Positions 50,101 to 63,406 of a stretch of 64,000 nt of DNA are shown here, in pieces. The DNA is from Glycera tridactyla (Eukaryota). The stretch's first letter is position 1; every line of letters begins with the position of its first letter. The translations under genes and the position numbers were made by a program. Below the pieces are notes generated by a model. That model did no database searches, was not told the origin of the DNA, and worked only from the letters and a program-made list of their open reading frames with translations. Location of the stretch: contig OZ286462.1 in NCBI GenBank assembly GCA_965644265.1, positions 74,338,001-74,402,000 on the forward strand. Reading direction: 5' to 3'.

Positions 50101-53100
50101 ATTGTCCACACCAGCATATTTCCGCAAATGTAATGAGGATTACCACATTTATTAAAACAGAGTATGATATATTCACAAAGAGTCAATATCAAGTTACACT
50201 GGTACCCGGTCAACATAGTAGAAAAGATGATAGATTCTATCGAGCTTAGTCTGATTTCTAGAAGTCTCAAGCCAGCCATGCATTTATTCATTTATTTCAC
50301 AACATGGTCAGCGAACATCGCAAAAGTCATGATCATGCTCTGATTTCCATAGAAACAATTTCTGGTTATCGTGTCATACCTTTACATACAGTCCACAACC
50401 TGGCTTCATTCTCCAATCAGGCCTGCATGGCAGGGTTCTAGATTCTATGTTTCTCAAACTGCGTTTTCTGAATCTTCATATCGTAGCTGACTCAACTCTT
50501 CTTCCTATACTTTTCAGCATTCTAGCTACAAATACCCAGTTTCATGTTCTGCCACATTATGCACACATTATCCCACATTACATCTCATTTCATGTTCTCA
50601 TTAAGTTGGGCCAAATGTCTATTGAACTTGAGTTTTTATATTAACTGATAAACAACGATGATGATACGGTTCTCATATGCTCACGTCGACCTCGGAAAAT
50701 TATCATCTTAGACCATCATAAACTTATGAAAATGAAAACCACTCTTTTTAATTGCTATGCACTGCCTGCACCCGGCAAGTGGACGTAGATTCGTTGTAAC
50801 ATGGAGGTGCCATTATATGGCAGGAGGTGGTGCAGAGTCGTTAACACGTATGAGTGGCTGGCTGAGATCATCTCCGGCGCTAAATGAGCTTCTCATTGAT
50901 TCAGACTGGCCGCGTTCACTCTCAGATTAACATCACTTGCTCGGAGAACGCCCTCCTCTCGTCGGATATTGTCATCCAAAGTCCTGTTCCAGTGGTTTAC
51001 CTACATAATCGTAATTGTACTCGCTGAGACATGCCCTATTTCCGTTCACATGTACAGTATCAGAAAAGTTAAATATGCTATCAAGGGCATCAAAGGAAGA
51101 AGTCGATCCATCAAAAGTTTAGAGGTCCTGAGATGGAGATCCGCCTCATAATGATTGAGTGACCTTCAAGGGTGATCATGAAGGTCATTGATACAACTAA
51201 ATTGATGCATATGGTGATCTTACTTTCACGTGCTGGTGATTTCCAGTACAAGATTAAGGCAGACATATGGGTGAAACCTTGCACTTTGGGTGAATAGCAT
51301 GAAATTGCACATATGCATTGATATACATGCAAAGATGTTTTGCAATTCGGCGGTACTGATTATGTTGCATGTGGTATTTTATTCACTTATAATGGTATCC
51401 GATTGTCATGCCATGTATTTCCTACATCTTCCATCTAATACTTGATACTCACATCTGTGAGAACATCTCTGCTGTTTTTATAGTAAATATATTACAAAAC
51501 TATAAGAGTTCTCTCCCAAGTTTCATGCTTTTTACCCGAAGTGCAAGATTTATTCCTCATCTGCCCCACTGATTCCATGTAATTAATGAGAGTTTGTAGA
51601 CGCCTCTCTCTATGAGATGAGTTAAGCATAAGGCCTGTAATTTCACCAATCTTCTCCATTCATCTATTTGTCCTCTCATGATTAGATGGGCTGACCGATT
51701 CAACGTTTGATGAATGATTGATTCAATAGTTCCAATTGATGGAGATTTTTATATTTGGATAATATCTTCCAATTGGCTGCAGCAGACAGTTATGTTTCGG
51801 CATATCCCGTTGTGTCAGAGTTTCAAAGTCTTATCCACTTCTTCTGTGGCTGTATTTGTCCAGATACTCCTATATCTCATTCCGTGCATTAGGCCTCAGA
51901 TGAGTAGCGCTGGCCATAGATCAGAGACAGGATGTATACTCCATCTGCTGCTGACTCCTCCAGCGTGCTCATCTGTTTACTTGATAAGTTGTGATGTCAA
52001 GCCGGGTAGTACAGCCCATATAGCAGGCTGGTTTTACCGTCACGCCACTGAAAGGAATGGCTGCGTAGCTGTACGCGATGACATGTATGCAGCCATCAAG
52101 AGAAGAATGAACGGCATCTACACGTGTAATCAATTATTACTTTCACACTGTGATAGACCGGTCTCATCCATCATCACCCTGGCCAGACTTTTCTTCACCA
52201 GCACCAGAGCAAAAGTTAGTTGGTTCTGGCTTGATGTTATACTAGCATCATATGTGCTATATTGTGACGTCCATGTAATTGGAATGGGTGGGATCATCCC
52301 CCGGGGCCCCAACGGACGGGGAACATTCATCAAATTCACAGACACACAAGGTGTCATTCATTTCATCAAGAATGTTGGCCACTCTATATCCAAGCTTGCA
52401 TATGGTAATGCTTCCCAATAACAGGATGACATTTTTATGATATACTGCAAAACAAATGAAAATGCAAAACAAAAGGCAGGACAAAAGGTAAAGAAGATAC
52501 TGAAAACTCCAATTCATGAGATGATCAAATAGTTCACTCAGCTGGTTGTAACCCCCAGTGTATTTATAATGCCTGTTTTGTGGAATGTCCAACAAACTAA
52601 AATGCAATAAATTGTTTTAGCTGTCATGCCAACTTGGGCGTTCGAGATCAGCTATTGGATATCAACCTACTGAGGAATTTCGGATGAATGTCAAAAGTAG
52701 GACCTTATCATGTTTTATATGTATCCGATTTTGCTCAACCATCATCCATCCTGTATTCACATACCCATGTAAAATTCACGAGAAGCCCGGATGTAGCTGC
52801 TAAGCGTGAAGATTTCATCCAATTAAATGATAAGAATTACCTGTTATGGGGTGGAACCATTTCCGGGAGACTTAATCTCCCGTGATTGGGCTCTTGTCTG
52901 CTGCTGTCGTCGGTTCGACGTCGGTGCTGTTCATCCAGTGGACAATAATTATGTGTATTATGTGGATCAAGCCACTGTGGCCAGCTTCGTTTATTCCAGC
53001 ATCGGTCTTATCCGATGGCTCCTATATCAGTCCAGCCTGTCGTATAAATCTACACAACATATCAAAGGAGCATCCATCTTGCCCATATCTCAGACGGCCT

Positions 53101-55424
53101 TCAGATGAGATGAGGACATCCACTCTCTCAGCAACATCTAGTCATCATATGTTATTACCAGGTATTTCCCAGACCAAGTCTCAAACTTGGACAAACTCAT
53201 CTGTTATCTATCATTAAGATTTTAGTGTTGCCTCTAAAACAACGGATACTGGTCTGTCTCGGAAATGGATAGAAACTACTTGCAACAATCTATATCCATG
53301 TGGCGGGACACAGGCTGTGAATCTGTGGTATTTGAATTGAATCAGTATTAGACAGAAGTTCAGCCTGTGTCTTTGGGACCGATTCAACATGTGATGCAGA
53401 TCCTTCGTACATTTGAGGGGCATTGGGGGCAGGTCGTCAACCACACACTCGACATATTATACGATCATATACAGCATTTCACGGAGGACGTGACTGGCAA
53501 ATTATGGGCTGTGTTTGAACGTTTCCTGTCGCTTTATGGTCACGTGAGTGAGACAGTACCAATCTCCATGCAGGCGATCCATAGACGTCATTGACGTATC
53601 CTTTTTGGACTGGTCGTAGACTTTCCTTTCTTCACAGACTTTCCAATCTTCACCCAATCTATGCTTATTGGGTATAGTGGAAGGCGTTCCTCCTTTCGTG
53701 GACTGTCGGGTTTTATAGTCCAAGTAGCGCATCCGTTGTTTCCAGGCAAATGATGCGTAGTTGCTAAACAACTGCTGCCAGAATGCCATACATATCTGCA
53801 GGATGGCTCTAAAGTGGATATATAAAATAATGTTTGTGTTGTCGAATACCGCCCTCCCCCACCCTCCACCCCGTGAGGAAATTGAGAGGTCTGGTCTATA
53901 GTGTGCTGGGTGGGCTAGTTGGATTAGTGGACATGTAGCATTAGCAGCAGACCCGCCTGTCAATATGGCTTTCACACCAACCTTTCTCTCTTCATATCAA
54001 GATATCACCATCACACCTTCCTCCAGTTATAAAGCACCGCTAGATTGACGAGGCTGACATGTTTCTAATCCACACCACTCGAATTGAAGGCGTATTTCAT
54101 ATTTCCATCCACACCAGCTTTCATTAAACACAGAACACATCAAATATTGGCAGGGTGATACGGAGCTATTGAAAAGGGGAAGGTTATCGGGGAGTGCGAT
54201 CGGTTCTGGCATCGAGGCCTTTATTGGGCTAGTGGCCACCATCCATGACTGCCATGTTGACATTGTGTCAGCCCACCCTTTTTCCCTAGATCGTTGGCAC
54301 CTGGTTGTATGCAGCTTTCCCGTCCTTTCAGTGAGCAAATCGACGACACACAAGCGATGCATCCCGTGCTGGCGAGGAACATGCAATGGCTAATGGCCAT
54401 ATCATGTCCCCAAATGAATGAAATGCAGCAGGGCGTTTTTGAGATACCCCACTCAGTTATAATCTGCTTGGTATTTCAACTCTTCCTACATAATTCCAGA
54501 GCGTGATTCACAAGACATTTGAATCCATATCATTACTCACGTTCGGATGAACTCAACTTGCATTTGTAAAACGAAACGTGATTCATCAACATCTCAATAT
54601 GATATATCCATGATGAAGCATTCATGCATGGACAACAACGGCAATGATATCCAGCCGATTTGGACAAGTATCGTCAATATTACTACCAGAGGTACTACAC
54701 TACTCTGCCTTCTAACTTCCACTCAGAAATGTGCCCTCGTGAAGAGCCCTTCAATCCATTAAAGACATTCTTTATCCTGGAAAAAGTCTGGGAAAAAGGC
54801 ATCTAACTTCATAATTCATAATGGAGAGACATTCAAGTGTGAAATATGATGATGTGAATTGTTTCTGGGATTGGACCAGTGCTCGCCTGAATCACCCAGG
54901 TAGTTGATTGATTGATTGATTGATTGTTTGATTGTTCGATTGATTGTTCCGCATCTCGTTAGCACCAGGTAATTGGCACAAGTGGGATCAGTCCTGACTC
55001 CTGTTTCTGGATGCCAAAAGGGAGATGAAGATTCATGAAATTCGCCGAAATCGTAGGGGTTATTTGCTGCCTGGCTCAAGTGAGTTTCGGATCCAGACTG
55101 ATTGCAGGTGGGTACTCTGAGAAGCTGCCAGGAATGGGCAGTCCATATGAGAAGTTTGAAGTGACACAGAAAACCTCGCCCCATTCACATCAGCATCCAT
55201 ATTGTGATAGATGAAGGTCTAGACAGACAAGACAAGTCCAGAGTTTTTTTGCCGCTCACACCATGTCTCTCATCAAACATCGCCTCTTATTCGAGGGGCA
55301 ATTCCTCAAGTCACAGAACACCTGTCATGTGCTAGGCTGTCTCTATTAGTATCAGTCAGTAGGCACAGAATAGCAGTTCTTCCCTTCATCTATCTAACGA
55401 TCTATCTCTTTATCTATCTTGATT

Positions 55425-55682
55425 TGTCTGTCTGTCTGTCTGTCTGTCCAGCTGTCTGTCCCGCCTTCCGCCTGCCTATGCGCCATCTCTCCACCGACCC
55501 ATCAATCCATCCACCCTTCCAACCACCCATCCATTCATTCACTCACTCATCCATCCGTCCACCCTTCCATCAATCCATCCACCAACCCGCAAATCCACCC
55601 ACCTACCCATCCATCCATCCATCCTACCACCCATCGATCCTACCACCCATCTATCCATTCATCCATTTATCTATCTTTCTAT
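55425..55682. repeat. (TGTC)n then degenerate (ATCC/CCAT)n tract
   Basis: Direct reading. Confidence 0.9.
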
Positions 55683-56289
55683 CCAAAGGATGTATCGAAT
55701 ATCTGTATTATGGTTCCATACCTCAACGCATTAACCCTTACAGTTTACAGTGCATGATTGTGGAATGGACCGTCTCTCTGCACTAATCGACCGAGCTAGT
55801 CTGGTGCCGCTATGGGAGGTCAAGAGCAAATAGTATGTCACTCTCTCCCATACACGGAGTGGACTGCAAACATACAAGAATATGACTGGATAGACAGGCT
55901 CTTCTCTCAGATTACCTCGTGGACATATATAAGTAGTGACATGCCGACCTTGTGAATGTTATGCGCGCTGACTCTGTCACCAGGAGTTCATTCAGTTTCG
56001 ACCAATATGTAGCATAAGGTCAGCAAGGAAATATCAATGAAGACATCGACCCAGACATAGGAAATCAGAAGCTGTTGTTCCCCGAGGATCTTACATACAA
56101 ATATTCTTGTTACAAAGAGTGCTGGGAGCACCCTGGGAAATCTGAATGAGAGAAAGGGCGTTTAATTCTGAAAGTTTCCTTTAATCAGCTTATGAGATGA
56201 GAGGTGGGTAGCGTGACTACAAAGATCCATCTATTGTTGTAGGATCAGGTCGACATTAGTGGCCCCCGCTAAAAGATCCACACACTTCA

Positions 56290-57105
56290 CTGCTGATGCT
56301 GCTGCTGTCACTGCTACTACTGCTGACTCAACTGCTGCTGATGCTGATGTGAAGCTGATGCGGAGGTTGTTGCTGCCATTGCTGATGCCGACATTGTCAC
56401 TGATGCTGCTGATTGCTGATGCTGCTGATGCTGCTGCTGCTGCTGATGCTGCTGCTGTTGATGCTGATGCTGATGCTGATGCTGCTGATGCTGCTGCTGC
56501 TGCTGTTGATGGTAATGATGATGCTGCTGATGCTGATGCTGCTGATGCTGCTGCAGGTGCTGAAGCTTCTGCTGCTGATGCTGATGCTAATGCCGATGCT
56601 GCTGATGCTGATGCTGATGCTGCGGATACTGAAGATGCCGTTTATGCTTGTGCTGATGCTGCTGATGCTGATGCTGATGCTGATGCTGATGCTGCCGCTG
56701 CTAATGCTGCCGCTGCTGCTGAAGCTGAAGCTGCTGCTGTCACCCCTGGTGTCACTGCTGATGCTGATGCTGTGGATACTGCTGATGCTGATGCTGATGC
56801 TGATGCTGATGCTGATGCTGATGCTGATTCTGATGCTGATACTGATTCTGATGCTGAATCTGATGCTGATGCTGATTCTGATGCTGCTGATGTGGATTCT
56901 GATGCTGGTGTTGATGCTGATCATGCTGATCCTGATGCTGCTACTGTTGCTGCTACTGCTGCTGTTGCTGCCGCTACTACTATCACTACCACTACCGCTG
57001 ATGCAGCGCCTCCTGTTGCTGCTACTGCTGCTGTTGCTGCCGCTACTACTACCACTACCACTACCGCTGATGCGGCGGCTGCTATTGCTGCTACTGCTGC
57101 TGCTC
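56290..57105. repeat. Long compound (GCT)/(GCTGAT)/(ACT) microsatellite
   Basis: Direct reading; several frames stay open as poly-AD, poly-LM and poly-IS. Confidence 0.95.
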
Positions 57106-59796
57106 AGGTTTTATCAGATAGCGTGACGTGTGGCACCTTGGTTGCTAATCACGCAGATGCCGTAGAGGATCAGCAGTAAGATGGTCAACGTCTTACATCA
57201 TCGCACCATCTTCCAATCTGCTTATTAGGCCTTCAGCTTGACTGATCCATTCCTTAAGCCTGGCGCTCTTTGTGTTGAACATTTCTGATCCACATATCTA
57301 TGGACGTACCGAATCTTATTGGTGAAACTCATTCATTCACTCCCTTACCCACCCACTCACTAGCGTAACAGATCCATTCATGCATTTATTCGTTCGTTCA
57401 TTCATTCATACGTTCCTTCATTCAAACATTCATTTCATTTATTCCACCGAGGAGTCGGTCACACAGTCAGTCAGTAAGTCAATCAACTAAACGATTAGCC
57501 AATGAGTCTATCAGTCAGTCAGTCAGTCGGTCAAACAATGAGTTTCAGTCAGCCTTCGAGCTGTGTAAGTAGTAGATTGTCCCAGATGGTGGTTGGCCCT
57601 TTATTCGGCGTGCCTGGCTGCACGGTTCGTAAATCTTCTGGAAGTTCGGTTCCCATCCGATTGATTGCTTCACTAGGCTTCAAATGGCGTAAAAAAAGAC
57701 ATCAAAAATTGTATTTCCGCAGAGGTGTATCCGTAGATATATCTCTCATTCAGTCAGATCTACACATTACATAATTCGTTCAAATGGCATTCACAGCATC
57801 TCACATTTTCTTTAGATACAGCATTGTCAATTTGTATGTATACACCGCTGTAAGACAGTTGTCGATTTGGTTGGTGCTTCGGGGGAATAGCCTAGATGAT
57901 GATGTTCTTTCATGAACAATTTCACAAAAAGGAGAGTTCACTACTTGAAACATCAAATGATCACTGATTCATACAGGAAGTCATGCACACTCAATCCCAC
58001 TGCGTGATTGCATATATCAGCAGGCAGCTGAAATGCATCAGTCCCCATCTATCCCTCTATGTCTTCCTATGCTTCACCATCCTCGCCCGAACAAGTGGAA
58101 AACATTCAACAGGATGGACCTATCTCTTTCCCCGACCCTTGGCCCAGTCTCCTGCTATGTTATGATTGATTTCTTTTTTATACAACCAAAAGTTGCTTAC
58201 AATGAAGGTTTGGACTTCGGGAATCAGTGTGGGCCATTCAACAATGTGCACCATCTACTACATCATCATGCATCAACTGCGACAAACTCACATACGTGGC
58301 TTCGGATCTGTATTGTGCAGCGCCGTGAAGTCAAAGTGACTGATGTGGCTGTGGCTGGAGCTGTGGTTGACGATAGATCCCGACTCTCAGCAGAGGAGAA
58401 CAAAGTAGTCGGTCTTGTCATCCACTGTCTTGAGCTTGACATAAATTGTCAGTGTTAGTTGAAGACAACTGAGACATACACAGTCACAGATATCCTATGC
58501 ACAATTTATCTCCGACTTAACCCTCTGTTGGTTGCTTGCCCATGAGCTTGAGTTTGAGAATTTAACAAGCAGATAAATCTGTGTGTAGCGCTTATTTATT
58601 AATGTCATTCTTGAATGCTCTGCTGAGTCGATGTTTCACCGAATTGTCTGGTCAGCACATCACACAATCAAATATGTGGCATTTGCAGTTATCACACATG
58701 GCTATTTCTCGCCGTATATACATGTAGCAGCAGCAAACCATGCTAGGACATGGATACATGAACTGCTCTCGACAATTTTTCAGATATGTAATTACATCTG
58801 CACCCACCTGTAGCAAGTTCTATCGTCGCCATTATAATGTAAAAAGCTTCTTCGATGGTTTTTGTATCCATGATATGTTTTACGACCAACCTTTCAAGAG
58901 CTCTTTTTTTCCCTATTTCCCACTCATTCAATCACTGATTTATTCACTGATTGATCTATTAATCCCTTTATGGACATTTATTCATTCATCTCTTCATTTA
59001 ATCCACCATCTCCCATTCATTCATTCATTTCATACATTTATCCGACCATCTACACTTCGACTTCTAGCACCAAGTATATAGGTAGGTGTATTTGTGAGCT
59101 GCACAAAATAGATTACCTCAAAGTGACCAGCTGCTACCATCAGAATCTTTACGGTATCAGATAGACTGGTGCAGGGCCTTCGTGGTGTCCAGCGTGGACA
59201 TTCAATGTTTGCCTGGTTTGTGCGGTGCGATAACAGAGTTGTTTCCTGTGTGGAGGTGGCCATCTGGTGGTTGGCGGAGACAAGACATGATGTATGAGAG
59301 GTAGACACTGACAGATGGGCCAGGCCGACCAGGATGCTCTGACTCCGACATTCATCATTATCAATAGAAGAAGCACTGAACAATACTCCATCCACGCTCC
59401 AGCATCACCTGATGAATGNNNNNNNNNNNNNNNNNNNNNNNNNNNNNNNNNNNNNNNNNNNNNNNNNNNNNNNNNNNNNNNNNNNNNNNNNNNNNNNNNN
59501 NNNNNNNNNNNNNNNNNNNNNNNNNNNNNNNNNNNNNNNNNNNNNNNNNNNNNNNNNNNNNNNNNNNNNNNNNNNNNNNNNNNNNNNNNNNNNNNNNNNN
59601 NNNNNNNNNNNNNNNNNNNNNNNNNNNNNNNNNNNNNNNNNNNNNNNNNNNNNNNNNNNNNNNNNNNNNNNNNNNNNNNNNNNNNNNNNNNNNNNNNNNN
59701 NNNNNNNNNNNNNNNNNNNNNNNNNNNNNNNNNNNNNNNNNNNNNNNNNNNNNNNNNNNNNNNNNNNNNNNNNNNNNNNNNNNNNNNNNNNNNNNA

Positions 59797-60325
59797 TATA
59801 TCGAAAACAGAAATAAAACAATGTGAATGTGAAGAAATAAACCAAAACACTGCTAAAATGCTCTTCCACTCACTGATTGTCCCCATGTTTGACTATTGTG
59901 ACATCATCTATGACTGTATATGCAAGCGTGACTCAGCACTTCTTCAACGTATCCAAAATTATGCCTGTAGGGTCATCCTTTGTTGTGACAGATACAGCCA
60001 TATCACAGACATGCACGAGGCTCTGAAATTTGACCTACTTGAGACAAGACGCAAGAAACATACTGCTATTCAAGCCTTCAAAATTTATCATGGTACATGT
60101 CCCAGCTACATGTCAAATTTGATGAAGCCATTACAACATAATCGTGCCACAAGAAGTAGTACAAATGTGAACGTTGCTATCCCATACAATAGAACTTGTA
60201 AGGGACAGTGTAACTTTAAATATAGAGTAGCCAAAGTTTGGAACTCTCTCCCACAAGAATTGAAAGCCGCAGATAGTGTTGAGATTCTTAAGCGAAAATT
60301 AGAGAGTTTATCGACATCACCATAG
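59797..60325 (+). mobile_element. 3' coding end of an L2/CR1-group non-LTR retrotransposon ORF2 (post-RT C-terminal domain); 5' part lost in the gap
   Basis: LFHSLIVPMFDYCDIIY...LQRIQNYACRVIL...ETRRKKH...FKIYHGTCPSY...TRS...FKYRVAKVWNSLP..LK matches the conserved CR1/L2-type C-terminus. Confidence 0.9.
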
Positions 60326-63300
60326 ACCTATAAAATGAGCCCCGAACCATGCATATTTTCATATCCTATGGTTCTTGCGTCTTGGTATCTGTCTCCCAAT
60401 CCCCCCATCCCCCAGGAACCTCCAAAATCTGTCCCGCTCCCTATAAGGTGTATTATAGATGATTCTAACATAATTAAGATGCGATAACCCCTTCGTCCGT
60501 ACCGGAAATACTCAGTTTTTGAGTAACTGTCCCCATGTTTGACTATTGTGACATCATCTATGACTGCAGTGAACAGTGCTGCCCAGTTGAGAACCGAAGT
60601 GTCTGCACCTAAGTCGCCACCTAACTCACCGCTTCTAATGACAGAGCTTGTGAGAAAGCATAAAAGAATTGAGGAGAATGGATTTGTGACCATTCCATGA
60701 TGTTGATAATGCCTATGTGGATACAGAAATGTCGATGTCTATCAGAGTGACGATCATACTTGACACTAATGAATGATATGATAGATATGCCATAATCTAA
60801 AAGATGGGTTGAGATATGAAACGGAATCCAAAACACTCCTGTCTTCATACTGAATATGCCATCTTTCCAGATATGTTCAAGTTGTGAACAGGTTCTTCCG
60901 AAATGGTCCATATTTACGACGGGTCAGATGTGAACAAATTCGTATCTCAATATCTTCAGTGAACAGATTCTTTGCTGATTCAGTGGCTCCTATCAGTCTG
61001 TAAATGCCTGCTGAAGTCGAAACCGGCGCTATTTCTGGGGTGCATTGGTAATTTGAATCGTGACAAAGTAACGAGCAGGCCGGCAGGCGGTAATGATGAA
61101 GTGAGTCCCGACGTTCAAACAATCCACTCACTCTCACACTCTCATATATAGGTTTTCACTTCATCAAATGTGCTGCACAACCAATGCTTCACATACTGTC
61201 AGCTTGCAACTTTACTTTTGTCATTTGCTATTCAATAATGAACGCTCCATGTCTGTCATCTAATTCTGCTCCCACCTGTAGGCTAAAGACTAAAGACGTA
61301 TTTTGAATTAGTTCTGTCTCATCACCTTCTTAGTGATGAATGCCGCTCTCCTATACCATGGGTGACTAGTGGTTGGCAGGTTTTCTCCAACCATTAGAAG
61401 GATCAGCAAGAGAGTTTCCATGATAATGGAAGGGTTCATACAATCGGAGAGGCTGACATTCCAAATGGACTAAACTGTATATCACACGATGGTGGGAAGA
61501 ACTGGCTGTGCCATCATCAGGAATCACACGAAATAACATGGAAGTCGAGGTGCATCAGATTTACCACAACAAAATATTAAGAGGTAAAGAAGGAAGTCAG
61601 AAAGAAGAACGTCGATAGGCTGGGGAGAAATGAGAACTCTGGAAGAATAAAAAGAGTAAGAAGTCGGAATACAGATTGCCGGAACAATGTGACGAACTCA
61701 GAAAGTACACCACGGGTTACCTGAGAAGGGCGGGAGGGACTTTGAAGAAGTAGGTACTTGTACACTGCAATAAGAGACACATGGACGAAGAAAGCTGAAT
61801 ATATAGGCTATGTACGTACAAAGACCCAGCAACTGACGGTACACATTTATAGGGTTATCCTCCAAGTCGAATCTAAGAATGAGATCCCTGATGAAAAACC
61901 AGGCTTTGTGTCCCTCAATCACACAAGTCTTCGATTCCACCACAGATATCTGGCTCTAGTCTGGATACTTACCTCCATGCCCATCAGTATACAGAGGTAA
62001 TCACATGAGCTACATTTATCATACAGTATAAGCTGCCTTGAGCCCAGAGTCTATCTGGAACAATCACGAATTCTCTATGCTGCGAATAACATTCAAATTT
62101 CGGAATGAAACTGTATTGCACGATACACCATCAGAATATACAAATTGCATCCGATCTTTTGTTGTGGCTTTGAGCCTGGATTCACAGCGTGGCACTCACC
62201 GCCTCGCCCGCGAAGGAGCATACAATATTTCAAATTTGTCACATCTCCATCTTTGTATTTTATTCCTACCGGAAAGAACAGATCTAATTTTATATGACAA
62301 CATTACTCAGATTGCTGGGAACACCTTGAGTCGTGCGGCGCGTAACCCCGTGCTGTCTGGTGAGCTGTGAGCTGGTAACAGACGGCTTTTTCCTGTGGAG
62401 TGTGTTGCGGCAGCTTATGAGTTTCGTGGGAAGCAAATCGGAACAAATCGATGTCTGATTAACTACATCTCTCAGCATGCTGGCCAACCGGCAATAAACT
62501 GCGCACTAATTTAAAGCTGGCAACGCCACATCTGCCAATATCACCCATGAATGTGCTGTCTTTCAATCTTGATCTGTGCACTCCCGATGATCTACATCTG
62601 CAACGAGAACCTAGAAATTAGTTAGGTTTCGAATCCTTATTGGCCTCCATCAAGTGAAGTTATATTTCAGGGTCGAATTGAAGGTAATGAAGGAAATGTT
62701 TGCAGTGCTTGGAAGGTCACTTTGACCTCGTGAGGTGGTCGAGTGCCGGAGCAGCAGCTACGAAATGAACATCCACATCCACACCCACATACGCATCCTC
62801 GCACACACCGATGGATTGATTGTGGTTTAACAGCATGTGTCAAGCCAGGGGATCATGTATGCCGTATATTTCTGGTCAGTGAAAGGTATACGTTCTGCCC
62901 CCCCCCCCCCTCCAAGCATCACTTAAATAAACCCTGAACTAAGATAAAGGGGAACCTGAAAGGTTGTCAAGTTAAAGTAGCTGACACCTTCGCCTACACC
63001 GATAGGCAATAATGAGCGAAAAGACGATCACCAAACACACACAAACGCGCACACACATACACAAATGAAGACGAAGACAAGCAAAGACAAACAAACATAC
63101 AAACAAATGAACAAACAGACAGATTGAGGGAAATGTGCGTCTGGCTTGCTTGCTGGGGTGGGCGGATGAGATGCGTACGCAGCCAACCAGACAACCACAC
63201 CACCTCCGCACGAATTGAATTGCCTTTAATGATTTCCGATTGCGCAGAGAGAAGCATTTATTCAGCAATCGGATTTCTATGGGAATTATCCGCACAGAAA

Positions 63301-63382
63301 GGATTCTCTCTCGGTGATTGGATAGACATCTGCCGTTATTTGACAGAGCATTGTGTATGTTATTGGAGATGAACAAAGAGCT

Positions 63383-63406
63383 ACCGGAAGTGCCGCCATA
63401 TTGGCG
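63383..63406 (+). promoter_or_regulatory. Overlapping ETS-type (ACCGGAAGTG) and YY1-type (GCCGCCATATT) motifs in a CpG-richer stretch
   Basis: Motif match only; CGCCA-TAT-TGGCG is also a small palindrome. Confidence 0.3.

Larger units (their letters stand above)
1475..59796. other. Eight assembly gaps: about 1475-1605, 27191-27367, 28077-28266, 31564-31824, 44163-44428, 47146-47323, 48976-49222, 59419-59796
   Basis: N runs seen directly; several are flanked by simple repeats. Confidence 0.98.

Noticed and set aside
51714-52421. 235-aa ORF as a real gene
   Set aside because: No recognisable domain; it may be the antisense shadow of a decayed coding relic. Kept only as part of the dispersed-family finding.
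56259-57179. 306-aa Ala/Asp-rich ORF and overlapping 237-aa and 175-aa ORFs
   Set aside because: Pure GCT/GAT microsatellite that is open in several frames and both strands; no splice or domain evidence.
27087-59886. Long ORFs containing X runs (e.g. 27087-27538, 27944-28561, 31494-31891, 44007-44674, 48849-49382)
   Set aside because: Length is an artefact of translating through N gaps. Only the post-gap part of 59315-60325 has real homology (LINE), and the pre-gap part of 46893-47390 is kept as a weak exon candidate.
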